Source of the DNA: Raja brachyura | Taxonomy: Eukaryota | Length of the DNA: 64,000 bases | NCBI GenBank assembly: GCA_963514005.1 | Contig: OY740802.1 | Span: forward strand, 32,302,001-32,366,000 | Direction of reading: 5' to 3' | Shown here: in pieces, positions 38,686-51,447 of the stretch | Layout: the number at the start of each line of letters is the position of its first letter | Position numbering within the stretch: position 1 is the first letter of the stretch | The notes under the pieces: model-generated | Database searches by the model: none | What the model was told of the DNA's origin: nothing | The model's input: the letters and a program-made list of their open reading frames with translations, nothing else | Program-made: the position numbers and the translations under genes

Positions 38686-41600
38686 TAGTAGATTATAATA
38701 TAGAATATATTAAATCATAGTCCTCATTTCCTGAGGTTTCAGGCAAGTTGGATGCTTCCCAAAAAGCAACGATATGCATAATGTGGAAATCAGGAATAAA
38801 AACAGAAAATCTGGAAAAACACACGACAGACAGAATTTGTGGAAAGAGAAACAAGAGATAGCACATCAACAGCAGTGACCTTTTGTAAAATCGGCTCAGT
38901 TTCTTTCTCCACAGATGCAGCCCAGTCTCAACGTTTCTTATTTAAATTAAAATGCATCATACTTTTAACAATGTTTGTCCTTTGAATACTCATTTATGGA
39001 TAATAGATTACATCAAATACAGGATATTTAATTGAGGTGGCTCATCATCAATATATTTTAAAACACTCATTTTGAAAAATGATGCAGAGAATGAAAGATT
39101 AGAGGAATAAAACATACAGCAGAAAACAAGGACTTTAATCCAACACAATACATGTTTTTTACAGGTCATCTAATGTCACTAATCGCTATATTTAGTTAAT
39201 TTACTTTCTTCCAATCAAACGCCTCCACATGAAATATTTCCTCAGGTGAAAAACTGGCAATTAACCTGGTTTCAGATATTTTACTGGATCTCAAATTGAT
39301 TTGGAATTCTAGTACTGCAACATGACATTACTTTACTGGCAATTCAATTTTCTAATTTTGTCCATTCTTCTAAAGGCTGGTTTAAATGCAACATACATTA
39401 AGGTGGGGCGAAATAGAGAGAAAAATTGAAGAAGTCATTCTCAAATCAAAAATGCAAAAGATCTGCATACAAAGGTGTTACAGATACAGATTCAGGCCAT
39501 TACTGCAAATAAGATTTAAAATATGTTACAATTATTTCAAATGGAAAATATACAGTACATCCTCAACCACATTATGCACATTTATTTTAAATGACTGATC
39601 TAAAAGTTTAATCTATTTAATATATTCTCTGGAGCCGATGAATGCTCAAAGTAAATGTTTATCCCCTGTTCACTCTAGCTATAACCTTTTGATACCAGGA
39701 AGAGCATGACATAATTACAGTGGGCAAAAAAATGGCGCTGTGCTCTCTTTATTGCATCTAAACATTTCACTTTAGCAAAAATAAGCCAGTAGAAACAGTG
39801 GTACTCTGGAGTGCATGTACTAAAATGAGCTACAGCCATTTGTAAAAACAGAAGGCAAAGCTGTGCTTTGGTAGCAAGTCTTGTTCATTCTTTTAAAGAG
39901 GGAATCCACGTCATGTTTGCTCTTAAAATTATTACCAAATATTTGAATAGAAGCGTTTTTCTCCACTAAAAATTCAAAGCAGGGTGTAACATGTATAATA
40001 TGTTACAGACTACCAGGCTGTTAACCTGCAGGGAAACAGCATTCTACAAGTCGCTAGTGGTGGGCGTTCCACAGAACACGTACCAACGAAGGGTCAAAAG
40101 TTTATGGTGATTCTATTTTCACCTTTTAACATCCAATCAGCGCGAGAGGTTTTGCTAACTGAATTTCAACTTATACAATTAACTCCTTAGGTACCATAGA
40201 GAGTGGGAATGTTCAACACAGCAAGTTCAAACTGAAATTGCAAGACAACTTATAGGAAACATCCCTAAATTCACATTAAACTTAGGCATGCTTAAACAGA
40301 TACTTAAACATTACTATGAGAATTATTTTACAAAATTATTTTGCCGAGATTTGAGAGAGCTAGATCAAATCTTTCTTAAACAATCGTATAAATGTGCCAG
40401 TGGCAAAAGTCAAGTATGTGCAAATTTGAATTTAAAATCATCCCAGTAAGTAAATTTGATAACTCTACAGAAAGTCAAACTGTATCAAAGCAAAATATAA
40501 TATTGATGCTAAAAACCATCTTCTGACAAAACAGCATTGCAACAGACTGTTTTAGGCTAATGACTAGTTCAGAATTGGGGAAAAGGAAGACACAAAAGAC
40601 AGCAGATGCTGGAATCTGGAGCAAAATACAAATTATTGTTTTTTGCTCTCTAGACAGAACAAGTCTTATGACGTAGAATTGGAGGAGGAGAAAAGAAAGG
40701 GGAACCAACGGGAAGGAATGTACAAAAACAGGTGGAAGGAAGAAAATATTAAATGGCAAAGGCAAAAGGTACAATGGCGGTAACAAAATCAATAGGGTCA
40801 GAAGGTGTCAATGTAATAACAGTATCACTTGCCAAAATTACTGACTCAAGTATTAAGTCCAGAAGACTACTGAGCCTACTCGAATAATGAGATACTAGGC
40901 CTCCTGCCCAGGTACATTGCCTACCTCCATTGACCTGGGGCAGATGCAAGGGACTGATATTGCTGATCTTCTGCACCCAGGCATACAGCAGTTAGCTCTC
41001 GGCAGCTTCTAAACCCAGGCAGTAGAGTCCCACGGCACCATGCTCATATTACAGTGACAAATACGGAAGTGAAATTTCTGTCTGAAGGTTTAGGCCATTT
41101 AACAGTGGTTAAAATGACAGTCATTTAAAAATATTAAGATTGCAAATAAAAAAAGTTTATTAACAACAAAAACAAAATCATAACTTGCCTTTCCCATTAC
41201 TTGGCCAAAAATCCCTATTAAAATCAATGAGATTAAACCTATTCCAAATCAGACCTGAATCAGAGGGGCAATTCCTAAAAATATTTGGAAATCCTAGCAA
41301 GACTCTGCACCAAATATCTCTTCCCCAGCAAACCCCCTGCACTCTTCCTCCACCCTACATTTAGCACACTTGAGGTTCAATTTCTTCACAACACCTGGTC
41401 CAATCCTCAAACTACTTTATAAAGCCTCAGGGCAAGAATCTGGAATTATGCACCTCAGATTTCTAATAGTCTAATGTCTAATAGCCTCAGTTTTAATTAA
41501 GAATTAGCACATGCGACAAAAGTGAACAAATCTGTCTGCCAAATAACAGATTTGTCCATGTCTAGTCTGTGCACCTTTTAACCACAACTTTGTTCTTTAA

Positions 41601-41846
41601 TCCATGTCAAAACTAATATAAGATTTACAGTTCTATGTAAACATTGTTGAACAAACATTAACACCAAACTAAATTGAAATTTTGAAACCAAGCAACCAAA
41701 AGCGTGTTCAAAAGAGATAATGTTTAAAGAAAGATCTTGTGGGGAAAGAGAACTGCAAAGTTTAGGAAGTGTATAACAGGAGCAGAATTAGGCCAAATTG
41801 GTATCTTGAATGTGATCTGCTACGTAATAAGATCATGACTCTTCAT

Positions 41847-42150
41847 ATAGAAACATAGAAACATAGAAAATAGGTGCAGGAGTAGGCCATTCGGCCCTTC
41901 GAGCCTGCACCGCCATTCAATGTGATCATGGCTGATCATCCAACTCAGTATCCCGTACCTGCCTTCTCTCCATACCCCTGATCCCTTTAGCCACAAGTGC
42001 CACATCTAACGCCCTCTTAAATATAGCCAATGAACTGGCCTCAACTACCTTCTGTGGCAGAGAATTCCAGAGACTCACCACTCTCTGTGTAAAGAATGTT
42101 TTCCTCATTTCGGTCCTAAAGGAATTCCCCCTTATCCTTAGACTGTGACC
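41847..42150 (-). mobile_element. Young CR1-type LINE 3' end with (ctatgtt)n-type tail
   Basis: ORF 41926-42108 reads RKTFFTQRVVSLWNSLPQKVVEASSLAIFKR. atagaaac repeats at the tail. Confidence 0.9.
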
Positions 42151-42377
42151 TTATCCTTATACCTCGACTCCCTTGTTATTTTAGTGTCTGTCAATCTCTG
42201 CCTTGATTGCATTCAATAACCCTCACATACACAGCTTTGTGATATATAAATCTGAAGATTAAAAGAACAGCCTCTCAGCACCCATCCCTCAATGCCCCTC
42301 CCTTCAGAACATTAATTTTAATAAGATCTGCTTTCATTCCATTATACGCCCCAACATGCTCAAAATATGTAAATCTG

Positions 42378-42642
42378 GTAAGCCATTTAGAACGGAGATG
42401 AGGAAACACTTTTTCACACAGAATTGTGAGTGTGGAATTCTCTGCTTCAGAGGGTAGTGGAGGCCGGTTCTCTGGATACTTTCAAGAGAGAGCTAGATAG
42501 GGCTCTTGAAGATTGCGGATTCAGGGGATATGGGGAGGGCAGGAACGGGGTACTGATTGTGGATGATCAGCCATGATCACATTGAATGGCGGTGCTGGCT
42601 TGAAGGGCCAAATGGCCTACTCCTGCACCTATTGTCTATTGT
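42378..42642 (+). mobile_element. CR1-type LINE 3' end
   Basis: gagatgaggaaacacttttt...ggaattctctg...aatggcctactcctgcacctattgtctattgtc. Confidence 0.88.
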
Positions 42643-42918
42643 CATTCCAGGAATTCACTTAGTCAAGTTTCTTTGCACATAATGGAGCAAAACTGTACTT
42701 CAGGAGCAATCTCGGCAGTACTCAGTTGCATCACAACTTAATTCTCCTCAATGCTTGCCTACCTATCCATAGAATATAAATAGCAAAGGCTCCAACACCA
42801 ATGTAAGTAACATGCCACCAGTTCCTGGCTTTCATCTTTAAATAACCATTTACCTCGGTTGTTTCCCTTCTTTAACATCATGACCTTCAAAGTGTGGAGG
42901 ATGAGAAGCAGGAGAAAT

Positions 42919-43150
42919 GTGTTGGAAGGAGCCGCAGATGCTGATTCACACCGAAGATAGACACAAAATGCTGGAGTAACTCAGCAGGACAGGCAGCATC
43001 TCTGGATAGAAGGAATGGTGACTTTTTTGGTTCTCTGCAGATCTTCTTCTTCATTTTGAAGAAGAGCCTGGACCTGAAACCTCGCCTATTCCTTCCATCC
43101 AGAGATGGCGCCTGTCCCGTTGAGTTACTCCAGCATTTTGTGTCTATCTT
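42919..43150. mobile_element. Inverted PLE-terminal pair with near-perfect 12-bp flanking repeat
   Basis: About 42955-43020 is complementary to about 43085-43150. Flanks are tgagaagcagga and tgagaaacagga. Confidence 0.85.
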
Positions 43151-43204
43151 TTGAGAAACAGGAATTTGGCTAAAGCCAGTTGTAGTTGTATATTGTGGAT
43201 ATGA

Positions 43205-43380
43205 GAAATAGCAGATGTTGGTTTGCAATAAAAGACAAAGTGCTGGAGTAATTAAACAGGTCCAAACAGCATCTGTGGAGAACATGGATAGGTTTCGGTT
43301 CAGGACCCTTCAGGCTGGTTGAAGGGGGGGGGGGGAGGGACAAAGCTGGAACAGAGGTCAGGACAAAGTCTGCCAGGTAA
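43205..43380 (-). mobile_element. PLE-terminal fragment
   Basis: gcagatgttggttt...gctggagtaa...gtttcggttcaggacccttcagg. Confidence 0.7.
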
Positions 43381-43384
43381 TGAG

Positions 43385-44280
43385 TGCTTTTCTGAATGGA
43401 AGTCTGTAATCAGAGGTGTACCCCAGGAATCAGTGTGGGGACCCTTGTTGATTGTGATATGCTAACGATATAGATGTAGGAGGTACAATGAGTACATTTG
43501 TGGATAACACAAAAGCTGGTGGTATTGCGGATAGTGGAGAAGGTTAAAGGGAACAGCAAGATATAGGTCAGCTGCATGTTGACAGATGGAATTTAACCAC
43601 AACATGCCGAGCAGATGCATTTCGGAAAATCAAAAAGGACAAACAATAAACAATGAGGATGTTAATAAACAGAGGGACATTGGGCTTCAAGTCCATAATT
43701 CCATGAACGTGACAATGCAGGTAGATAGCGTGATGAAGGTGGTATATGACATGCTTGCCTTCGTAGGTTGAGGCAAAGAATGTACACATTCGGACAATAC
43801 GTTGCAACTTTATTAACAATTGGTTAGACCACACTTGGGGTATTGTGTAGTTTGCCACACTGCGGGAAGGATTTGGTTGCACTTTAGAAAACAGAAGATT
43901 CGCCCAAGATGTTATCTGGATTAGAGGATTTTGGTTTTGGAAAGAGCACAAATACGCTGGGGTTGTTTTTACTTGAGTGAAGGATGTTACGGGTGAGGTG
44001 ATAACGATATAAACAAAAGAGTCATAGACAGGGCAGACAATTAACATTTTGCTCCATTGCAGGGAGATCGAAAACAAGCGTACACATGTTTTCAAGTGTT
44101 AGGAAGGAACATTAAAGAGGATTAGAAGGAAACTTTTTTTGAAACAAGGATCAGTCAATATCAGAAAGTGCTGCAGAGGTGATGGTGGAATCAAATTCAA
44201 TTATTTGGATGGAGAAAAAGGTTTGCATCAGTGTGGTGGGCCAAAAGGAACTGCTTGTGTGCTATAAAACGCCATGAACA
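43385..44280 (+). mobile_element. HER1/CR1 LINE RT and 3' UTR fragment
   Basis: Remnants of GVPQESVWGPLL, FVDNTKAGG, QRDIGLQVHNSM and LVRPHLGYCV. Confidence 0.8.
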
Positions 44281-44872
44281 AATTAGCTCTCTTTTCTGTT
44301 GACCCATTAGATAGTTTCATAATAACAAAAACGGTCTTGATAGAGTAGAGACAGAGCAAATATTTCTACTTCATGGCAGAGAATAAAATGAACAATCTCA
44401 ATGTAATATAGTAACCCAGAAATAAATAAAGGATTTTATTTTTGGTAACTTTTGCTAATGTTGTTCCTTATTCAAAAAGAGCAGCAGAAATAAGCCAGGG
44501 AGCTGCAAGCCAGTGAGCCTTCCATTAATCGTTGGAAAAGTATTAGAAAACAATCCAACGGGACAGGATTTATGTTGACTAATTAAGAGTCAACAGGGGA
44601 AATCCTGTCTCATAAATCAGATTGAGATTTTTGGTAAGTAAGAAAATTGACAAAAGCAGGGTTGTAGATGCGATTTATGTGCACTTAAAGTGGACTGATT
44701 AGCGAGTTTGTTGACAATACAAAAAATGGTTGAGTAGAGGACAAAAATTGGTTGCCCTGTTGTTTTTGATGTAATACAGGAGATATAAGAGTTGGAAAGC
44801 TGGGTATAGCAATGGCAGACAGTTTTAACCAGACAAGCACGAGGCTATGCATTTTGGGCCGTCAAATACTTA

Positions 44873-45185
44873 TGGGGCTGTCCCACTGTACGAGATAATT
44901 CAAGAGTTCTCTCGAGTTTCCCCAGATTCGAACTCAGAGAATTGCGGTAATAGCCGCTCGTAGGTAATTGGGGCTCTAGTGGACATTTTTCAACATGTTG
45001 AAAAATCTTCACACGTCTTCACGAGCTTACCGCGCTCGAGTACCTGCCGTTAATGTTACGAGCCGCCAAGAGATGTCCCGAGCTCTGACGTGCCCGCTAC
45101 GTACATTCTACGTGCTTACCACGAGTTTGATTTTTTTTTAACTCGCGAGAGCTCTTGAATTAGCTCGTACAGTGGGACAGCCCCT
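44873..45185. mobile_element. PIF/Harbinger MITE (about 313 bp)
   Basis: TIRs ggggctgtcccactgtacgag(a/c)taattcaagag(t/c)tctc match at 36/38. Left flank is tta. 22-bp palindrome at 44985-45006. Confidence 0.85.
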
Positions 45186-47714
45186 GAACAGGACATTAAA
45201 TGGAAGGCACCTCAGGATACTGGGTGCAAGTACAAAACTTGAAAATGTTGGCAGGTGCATAAGGTAGTGAAGTTCAGTATTCAGTACTTCATGGGGAAGG
45301 CTCAATAAGACCAAGGAATTAATATAATTAGAATGGGAGATGACAGTCCTGCACATCATAAAGCACCAGCATGGATTAGATGAACTGATTGATGTATCTG
45401 TGATGCACATTCTATGTAAATCTGTTAACTCTGCAAAATAATGATGATTTTATCCCAATTACGTAATTACAAGGTTACTTTCCAGTTAACAAGCAGCAGC
45501 TTTGATGCATTCAGAAACAGAATAACTTAAACTACACCAATTGTTAAGTATGAAACCACATCACAATGCTTTAAAGTTAAAAGCTAATGTTTAGTCACAA
45601 GAATTTTGTGACATTTAGTCACAAGTGCATGATAAAATGACAAACCTTGTATGAACCAACTCCTCATAAACCAATGTTTAACCTGGATAATATGTGATGA
45701 CTATTATTCCTATTGTTGGAGACATTCACCTCTCAAACTATTGTAGACACAATCTTTTCTGCAATACCTCTCTGAGAATAAGATCACCTTACATGAATAA
45801 GACTGAAAAAAATACATTCAGAAATGCAACAACTTAATGCAAACCTGAAATAAGAAAACATGCCCTGCTCTTTTAAACAACTTATTCCACTTCAAATAGA
45901 AACAGAAAAAATAAAGAAACAAAATCTTTAAGTTCCTTACAAATCATTATATCTTTGCCCTTGCAGCTTTATATGGCAATCACATGGCTTATTTATATTC
46001 TAATTCTCCTAAGCCAAAAAACATTACATGATTAGCATTCTAGTATTCCGAGTTGGCCCAGTAGCATCAAGTACCCAGATTAGAAATCCGATTCGTATCA
46101 GAATCGTAACACCAAATGCAAGAGAAAAACAAAATGCTAACAAAACTCAGCCTCAGCAGGTCAGAGAGCATTCATGGAGAGAGAAATGGGATTAATATTT
46201 CTGGTTAAAGACCCTTGATTCGTACTGAACTAGCAGAGCTGATATTCCACTCAAATGCTGCATGTAAATAAATAGAGTAATTTAACCACCCCCACCCAAT
46301 CATTATTCTTCCAATTGTATGGAGAGATCATCCATGATAGTTTGTCACCTCAACACCTCTCTTCCCCCAAACCATATGAGCTCTTGTGTGGGACAGACAT
46401 TTACTATTCTATAAATTAAAGAGAATTGGAAACAATGCAACGTTTCTGCCAAGTTCAACATAAACCTGTTATGTACTTACCATACAACGTCATTTAAAAG
46501 TTTTGGTTTTCATGACTGCCACATAGCGTTGAGTTTAAAGTAAAATATAACTGGTGAACAGAACTTGTTAACTGGTGAACAACATTGATCAAATATAAAT
46601 CTGCAACATAGCTCAATGATAAGTTAGTATGTGCGTAGTACACAAACACAGACCACACACAAATATTGGCCAAAACCAGTGAGAGTGGTATAGCAATTTC
46701 AAATAGATACAAGTTCCCTTCAGAAATGTTATTGGATTAAAATTGAAAGAACAGATTTCATCATAAATCATTAACCTAAATGCTGCTGGAGTAATCAAAA
46801 AGTACAACGGTTTAAGTTCAAACTTAAAAGTGAATTAGTTTTGAATAGCTCACTTCAACCTTCACTTCTTCAATTTATTTTCAGTAATTTCCTATTTAAT
46901 GTGCACTTTATATTTCAAATCCCTGCAGCGTGAACGGTAACTTATTGACGACTTTCACCTGCTCAAATAGAGTATGCTCTGAACTAAAGATAGCCCAATT
47001 TAGATGAAATCAAGGGCCTCGCTCAATGGGTTTGATATTAACTTGATAAGTGTCATGTATCAGGGAGTGAATACACAAAGCAAGCTAACTTGCATGTCAT
47101 TGGTACAACCTCTTTTCGCACAATTATATAAACACAGCTAACATCCCTACATCAGCAGGTCACTAAACTGGACTTAAAAGAAATTTACAAATTTTACATG
47201 CAAGATTTTTGACTTTGAAACAGTCTACAGTTTTTGTAGATCCGTTCAAATGTCCCACGAACCTGGCAGGTCTTTTTTTGCGCTGACATTATTTTAACAT
47301 ATGATGTTGGAGTTTCCTCAGGTTGTGGAAGGGTGTACTTGTCCACTGGAGGCGATGACAGACTTATCACTGATTACTAACCTCATTGACAAAGTATGCA
47401 AAGTGAATGGTGTTGATCAGGGTCTTATTCTGGATCTTGTCAGGAACAATCTGATGTCTCAATCTTCCAAATATGCAATGCTCCTCTTGTGTTACATTTT
47501 GATGGAGGAATTAAAGGTTTGGAGCTTAGCTCCAAGTATGGACATGTGCAAGACTGATCTACACACTGTCACTCAATGCGAGGAATAGAGAATAGAGATG
47601 TGGTTTGAGCTATCCCGGCAGATTACCACCACACAGCTTGTTGAACTGAGCAAGATTGAGAAATGGGGTTCATGTGGTGACAGAGCATTGCTTGAGCCCA
47701 GTCTACGGTATTAT

Positions 47715-47812
47715 TGGATCTGTGGTGTATCTTGCATTGAACAGCTGGCAGGAGTATTCACATTCATCTTTAATCTCTCACTACCCATTTCGGAGATTCC
47801 CACCCGCTTTAA
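47715..47812 (+). mobile_element. Rex1/Babar RT fragment
   Basis: CIEQLAGVFTFIFNLSLPISEIPTRF. Confidence 0.7.
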
Positions 47813-48117
47813 CTATCCCGTGGATTAGTCAGCAGCAGTCGAACTCTCTAAATCGCATACAAACAACTTGCCAGACTCCTACATCACAATCCTTAAAAGC
47901 TTCCTATCCCACCAGACAACACATCAGCAGGGAGTACAATGTTATACACATTGGACCAAACCGCTCAGGATGGCCTCAACATCTACAAATTACCTCATGA
48001 AATCACATCAGCCCAAGCATGAGCCTGATAATCTTCATATTACCACCTACCACTCCCTCAAGTTTAACAATGTTAACGTTCTGAAAGAAAAACAGGGAAC
48101 ATATCAGCTTCAATCAC

Positions 48118-48249
48118 CTTTTAGTTTAATTAGACAGTGTGGAGATAGGCCCTTCTGCCCACTGAGTGCATGCCAACCAGCGATCCCCGCACATTAACAC
48201 TATCCTACATAAACACTAGGGACAATGTACAATTTTACCAATTAACCTG
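48118..48249 (-). mobile_element. HE1 SINE 3' fragment
   Basis: ttagttta...aggcccttctgcccactgagt...acactagggacaa...ccaattaacct. Confidence 0.75.
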
Positions 48250-48269
48250 ATCTGGATTATTATGCATAG

Positions 48270-48530
48270 GGTGAGGCAGCATCTATGGAGAGAAGGAATA
48301 GGCGACATTTCAGGTCAAGCCCCTTCTTCAGACTGATGTCGGTGGGGGGGCTGGAAAAAGAAAGAGGCGGAGACAGTAGGCTTGTGGGAAAGCTGGGAAG
48401 GAGGGAGAAAGCAAGGAGTACCTGAAATTGGAGAAGTCAATGTTCATACTGCTAGGGTATAAACTACCCAAGCGAAATACGAGGTGCTGTTCCTCCAATT
48501 TGTGCTGGGCCTCACTGTGGCAATGGAGGA
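48270..48530 (-). mobile_element. PLE 3' fragment (GIY-YIG C-terminus plus terminal repeat)
   Basis: LHCHSEAQHKLEEQHLVFRLGSLYPSSMNIDFSNFR followed by the terminal repeat. Confidence 0.85.
48301..48336 (-). ncRNA. Minimal type I hammerhead ribozyme-like motif (best-preserved core in the window)
   Basis: Reverse complement tcagt-CTGAAGA-aggggcttgacct-GAAA-tg-TC-gcc has all core boxes in order, but helix I is only about 2 bp. Confidence 0.45.
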
Positions 48531-48589
48531 TGTTTTGTCGCTTATCCTTCATCATGCAGTTGATTTGTCAGAATGCAGTTGGAAAGAGA

Positions 48590-49090
48590 GGTGCTGAATC
48601 CTTGGTCCTGGAGTTTGGAGATGAGTTTGGTTGAAATTATGGCATTGAAGGTGCCATAAATAGAAGTATAGCTGGTCTGCAGAGGGACCAGTCGTTTTCC
48701 ATGGGTTCACTCTCTGGAAGGCTGATCTGTCATGTACTACAGTGATCATGGGCTCAGAGGCTGGCAGAGCAGGTGAAGCCATTCCACTGACGTTATGTTC
48801 AAAACTAGAATTGAACTCATCAGGGAGAGATACATTGTTGCCCATGATTTTGCCCAACTTTGCTTTGTAGCCCCAAGATAGCATGCAAGTCTTGCCACGA
48901 TCTGAGCGACTGGTCTGACATTCTAGCTTGGTCTGGAATTGTCTCTCAGCATCCCCAATTGCTTTGTGAAGGTTGTATCTATTTTTCCTTTACAGGTTAG
49001 GGTCACCCAACTCGAACATGTCAGACTAGTTCTTCTCCAGTGAGTGGATCTCCATGGCTTCTAGTTAGGGATCATTCTGATTGCTCCTGC
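48590..49090 (-). mobile_element. Rex1/Babar ORF fragment
   Basis: Remnants of LPDEFNSSF, VNPWKTTGP, AFNAIISTKLISKLQD and NQKPW-like motifs. Confidence 0.65.
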
Positions 49091-49249
49091 ACGCAGTCTT
49101 TTGCACGCTTACTGGTGAGGTATGTGATGATAGTGGTGTATTCATTTCCGGCAGGCATCCGACATCCAATTGCTCAGCTGCCAACTCCACAAAGCCTTTC
49201 CATTGTCTACGAGTCAGCTTCTACAGGAAAGAACGTAGACCAAACAACA

Positions 49250-50398
49250 CAGCACGGGAACAGGCCCTTTGCCATGTTGAATACCCATGTAGAACACAAT
49301 TTAGTACATAAACTAATCTCGCGTGACCCATATCCCTCACTTTCTATATATCCATGTGCCTGTCTAAAACGCTCTTAAATGTCATTTTCGTATCTACCTC
49401 CACCACCATCCCTGGCAGCACATTCCAGGCACCCACTATTCTGTGCAAAAAAAAAAAACTTGTCTTGGACGTCTCTTTTAAACTTTCCCCGTATGACTTT
49501 AAAGCTCTGCTCTCCAGTCTTTGACAATTCCAGAGTGGGAAAAAAGGTTCCAATTATCAGGTATCCCGCTCAATCGCCAGCACCTAAGAGAAAATAATCT
49601 TCATCTGTCCAATTTCTCCATGTAGCTTAAGGGCCTGTCCCACTGTACGAGGTAATTCAAGAGCTCTCCGGAGTTAAAAAAAAAAATCAAACTTGTGGTA
49701 AGCACGTAGAATGTATGTTGCGGGTACGTCGGAGTCGTGACGTCTCTTAGCGGCTTGTAACGCTAACGGCAGGTACTCGGGAAACGCGGTAAGCTCCTGA
49801 AGGCTCGTGAAAATTTTTCAACATGTTGAAAAATGTCCATGAGAGCCCCGAGTACCTACAAGCGGCTATTACCGTAATTCTCCAAGTTTGAATCAGGGGA
49901 AACTCGGGAGAACTCTTTAATTAGCTCGTACAGTGGGACAGCCCCATAATAATCCTCAATTCTTATGTTTCTCTGCACTCTCTCAAAAGCCTCCACATCC
50001 TTCCAACCAGAATTGCATGCAATACTTCAAATGCGGCCCAACTAGTGTCTTACAAATCTGGCTTACATTCAACACCCCGACCCATGAAGGTAAGCATACT
50101 ACGTGCCTTCTTCATTACTATTGCCGTGTGTTGCCATTTTCATGCAGTTAATGACTTGGATTGCAAAATCGATCTGTATATTAAAACTGTAAAGGCTCTT
50201 GCCATTACCTAAATACTCTCTCCAATGTGCAACACCTCACATTTGGTGGATTAAACTCTATCAGCCACTTTCCCTGCCATTTCTGTAGCTGATTTATATC
50301 CCATTCTATACTTTGACTGTCCACAACTTCAGCAATCATAGTGTCATTTGCAAACTTACCAACCAACCCATCTACAATTATGTCCAAATCATTTATAG
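49250..50398 (-). mobile_element. HER1/CR1 LINE fragment interrupted by a MITE
   Basis: RIVGAWNVLPGMVVE...FKSVLDRHMD and KFANDTMIAEVVDS...WLIEFNP. Confidence 0.8.
49630..49946. mobile_element. PIF/Harbinger MITE, same family as 44873-45185, opposite orientation
   Basis: TIRs gggcctgtcccactgtacgag...ctcgtacagtgggacagcccc. Flanks tta and taa. Palindrome atttttcaacatgttgaaaaat at 49813-49834. Confidence 0.85.
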
Positions 50399-50414
50399 TT
50401 CAACATGCATAATG

Positions 50415-51447
50415 TAGGTATGTTACAAAACTTACCTTGAGCAGCGCTGCAGTTCTGCCGCTCCCCGTGTGCGCGACTTTGGCGCCTTTCAGAGGGGGGT
50501 GGGCTTAAAGTGCCGTTTTTCTTCAGACTGGGCAAATCGATCAATTTCGGGCGATTTCGTTGCGGAAGAAAAATCGCTCCGACATTTCATTAATGAAGGT
50601 TTTTTAAATTACGGTAGATTATTTATTATCTAGAATAATTTTAAAATCACCTTCAAAAGCCGTGAGCGCCGATAACGGGAAGGATTTTGCGTAGGGGAGA
50701 AAAAAAGGTACACAGTTTATTTTTATATTAAAAGTTGGTTTTTATGGAGGCTTTAATAATATTTTCATGTTGCGAAAAGGGGTCCAAAAAAAATGTATGA
50801 ACCGGCTGTATTTTTCATACCGACTTCATAGCAAACCGCAACATTCCAATCCACCGCATTCCACTAAAACCCACTCGCTAGTTGATTTAAATGGCCATTA
50901 ATTTACAGGCATTAAACACTAAATTCCTTCCATTTGGCCCAGAAATTCATGAAAATGAGATTTTAAAATTATGTTATATTATGGATTATTGTGTGAATGT
51001 TATTTGGACACTTAGGCAATTTTAAAAAAGTTTATCTTTTCTTAAGAAATGGATAGATGTTTAGATCTACTCATTGAATTTTGTAATTAGCTACAATTAG
51101 ATAACCAACTAATTATATGCTTTAATTTCAGGTCATCCAAGTAAGATTGTTTCATATTTGTTTCAGAATGCTTCAACCTATAATAACTGAAAATTTCATT
51201 GAGTTCTCTTAATTTTTAAGAAAGTTATGGGCTTTTAACTGTTCTAGATCACAGCTTTTGAGTTAAGTCAATTGAAAGGCAATGGGGAACAAGATGTTAA
51301 TTTCCGAGTATGAAAATGATCATAACTTTCTTAATACTGAAGATATGAAAGTGAATTAGGTGTCACATTAAACTTCTTTTTATGTTTATCTGATGGGATA
51401 AATTGCAGACTTGATTTTTAAAATCTCAAAATTTTGTAACATTGCTA
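50415..51447. mobile_element. Non-autonomous DNA transposon with TAG...CTA termini and 7-bp TSD (hAT-like)
   Basis: TIRs taggtatgttacaaaa and ttttgtaacattgcta match at 14/16. cataatg at 50408-50414 and 51448-51454. No ORF. Confidence 0.75.

Noticed and set aside
41523-41558. Short hairpin as miRNA or terminator
   Set aside because: The stem is only about 12 bp, too short for a pre-miRNA, and intrinsic terminators do not apply here.
43568-44095. 175-aa minus-strand ORF
   Set aside because: Antisense to a decayed CR1 RT, with no recognisable protein.
45441-45520. C/D-box snoRNA (atgatga)
   Set aside because: No CTGA D box or terminal stem at a suitable distance.
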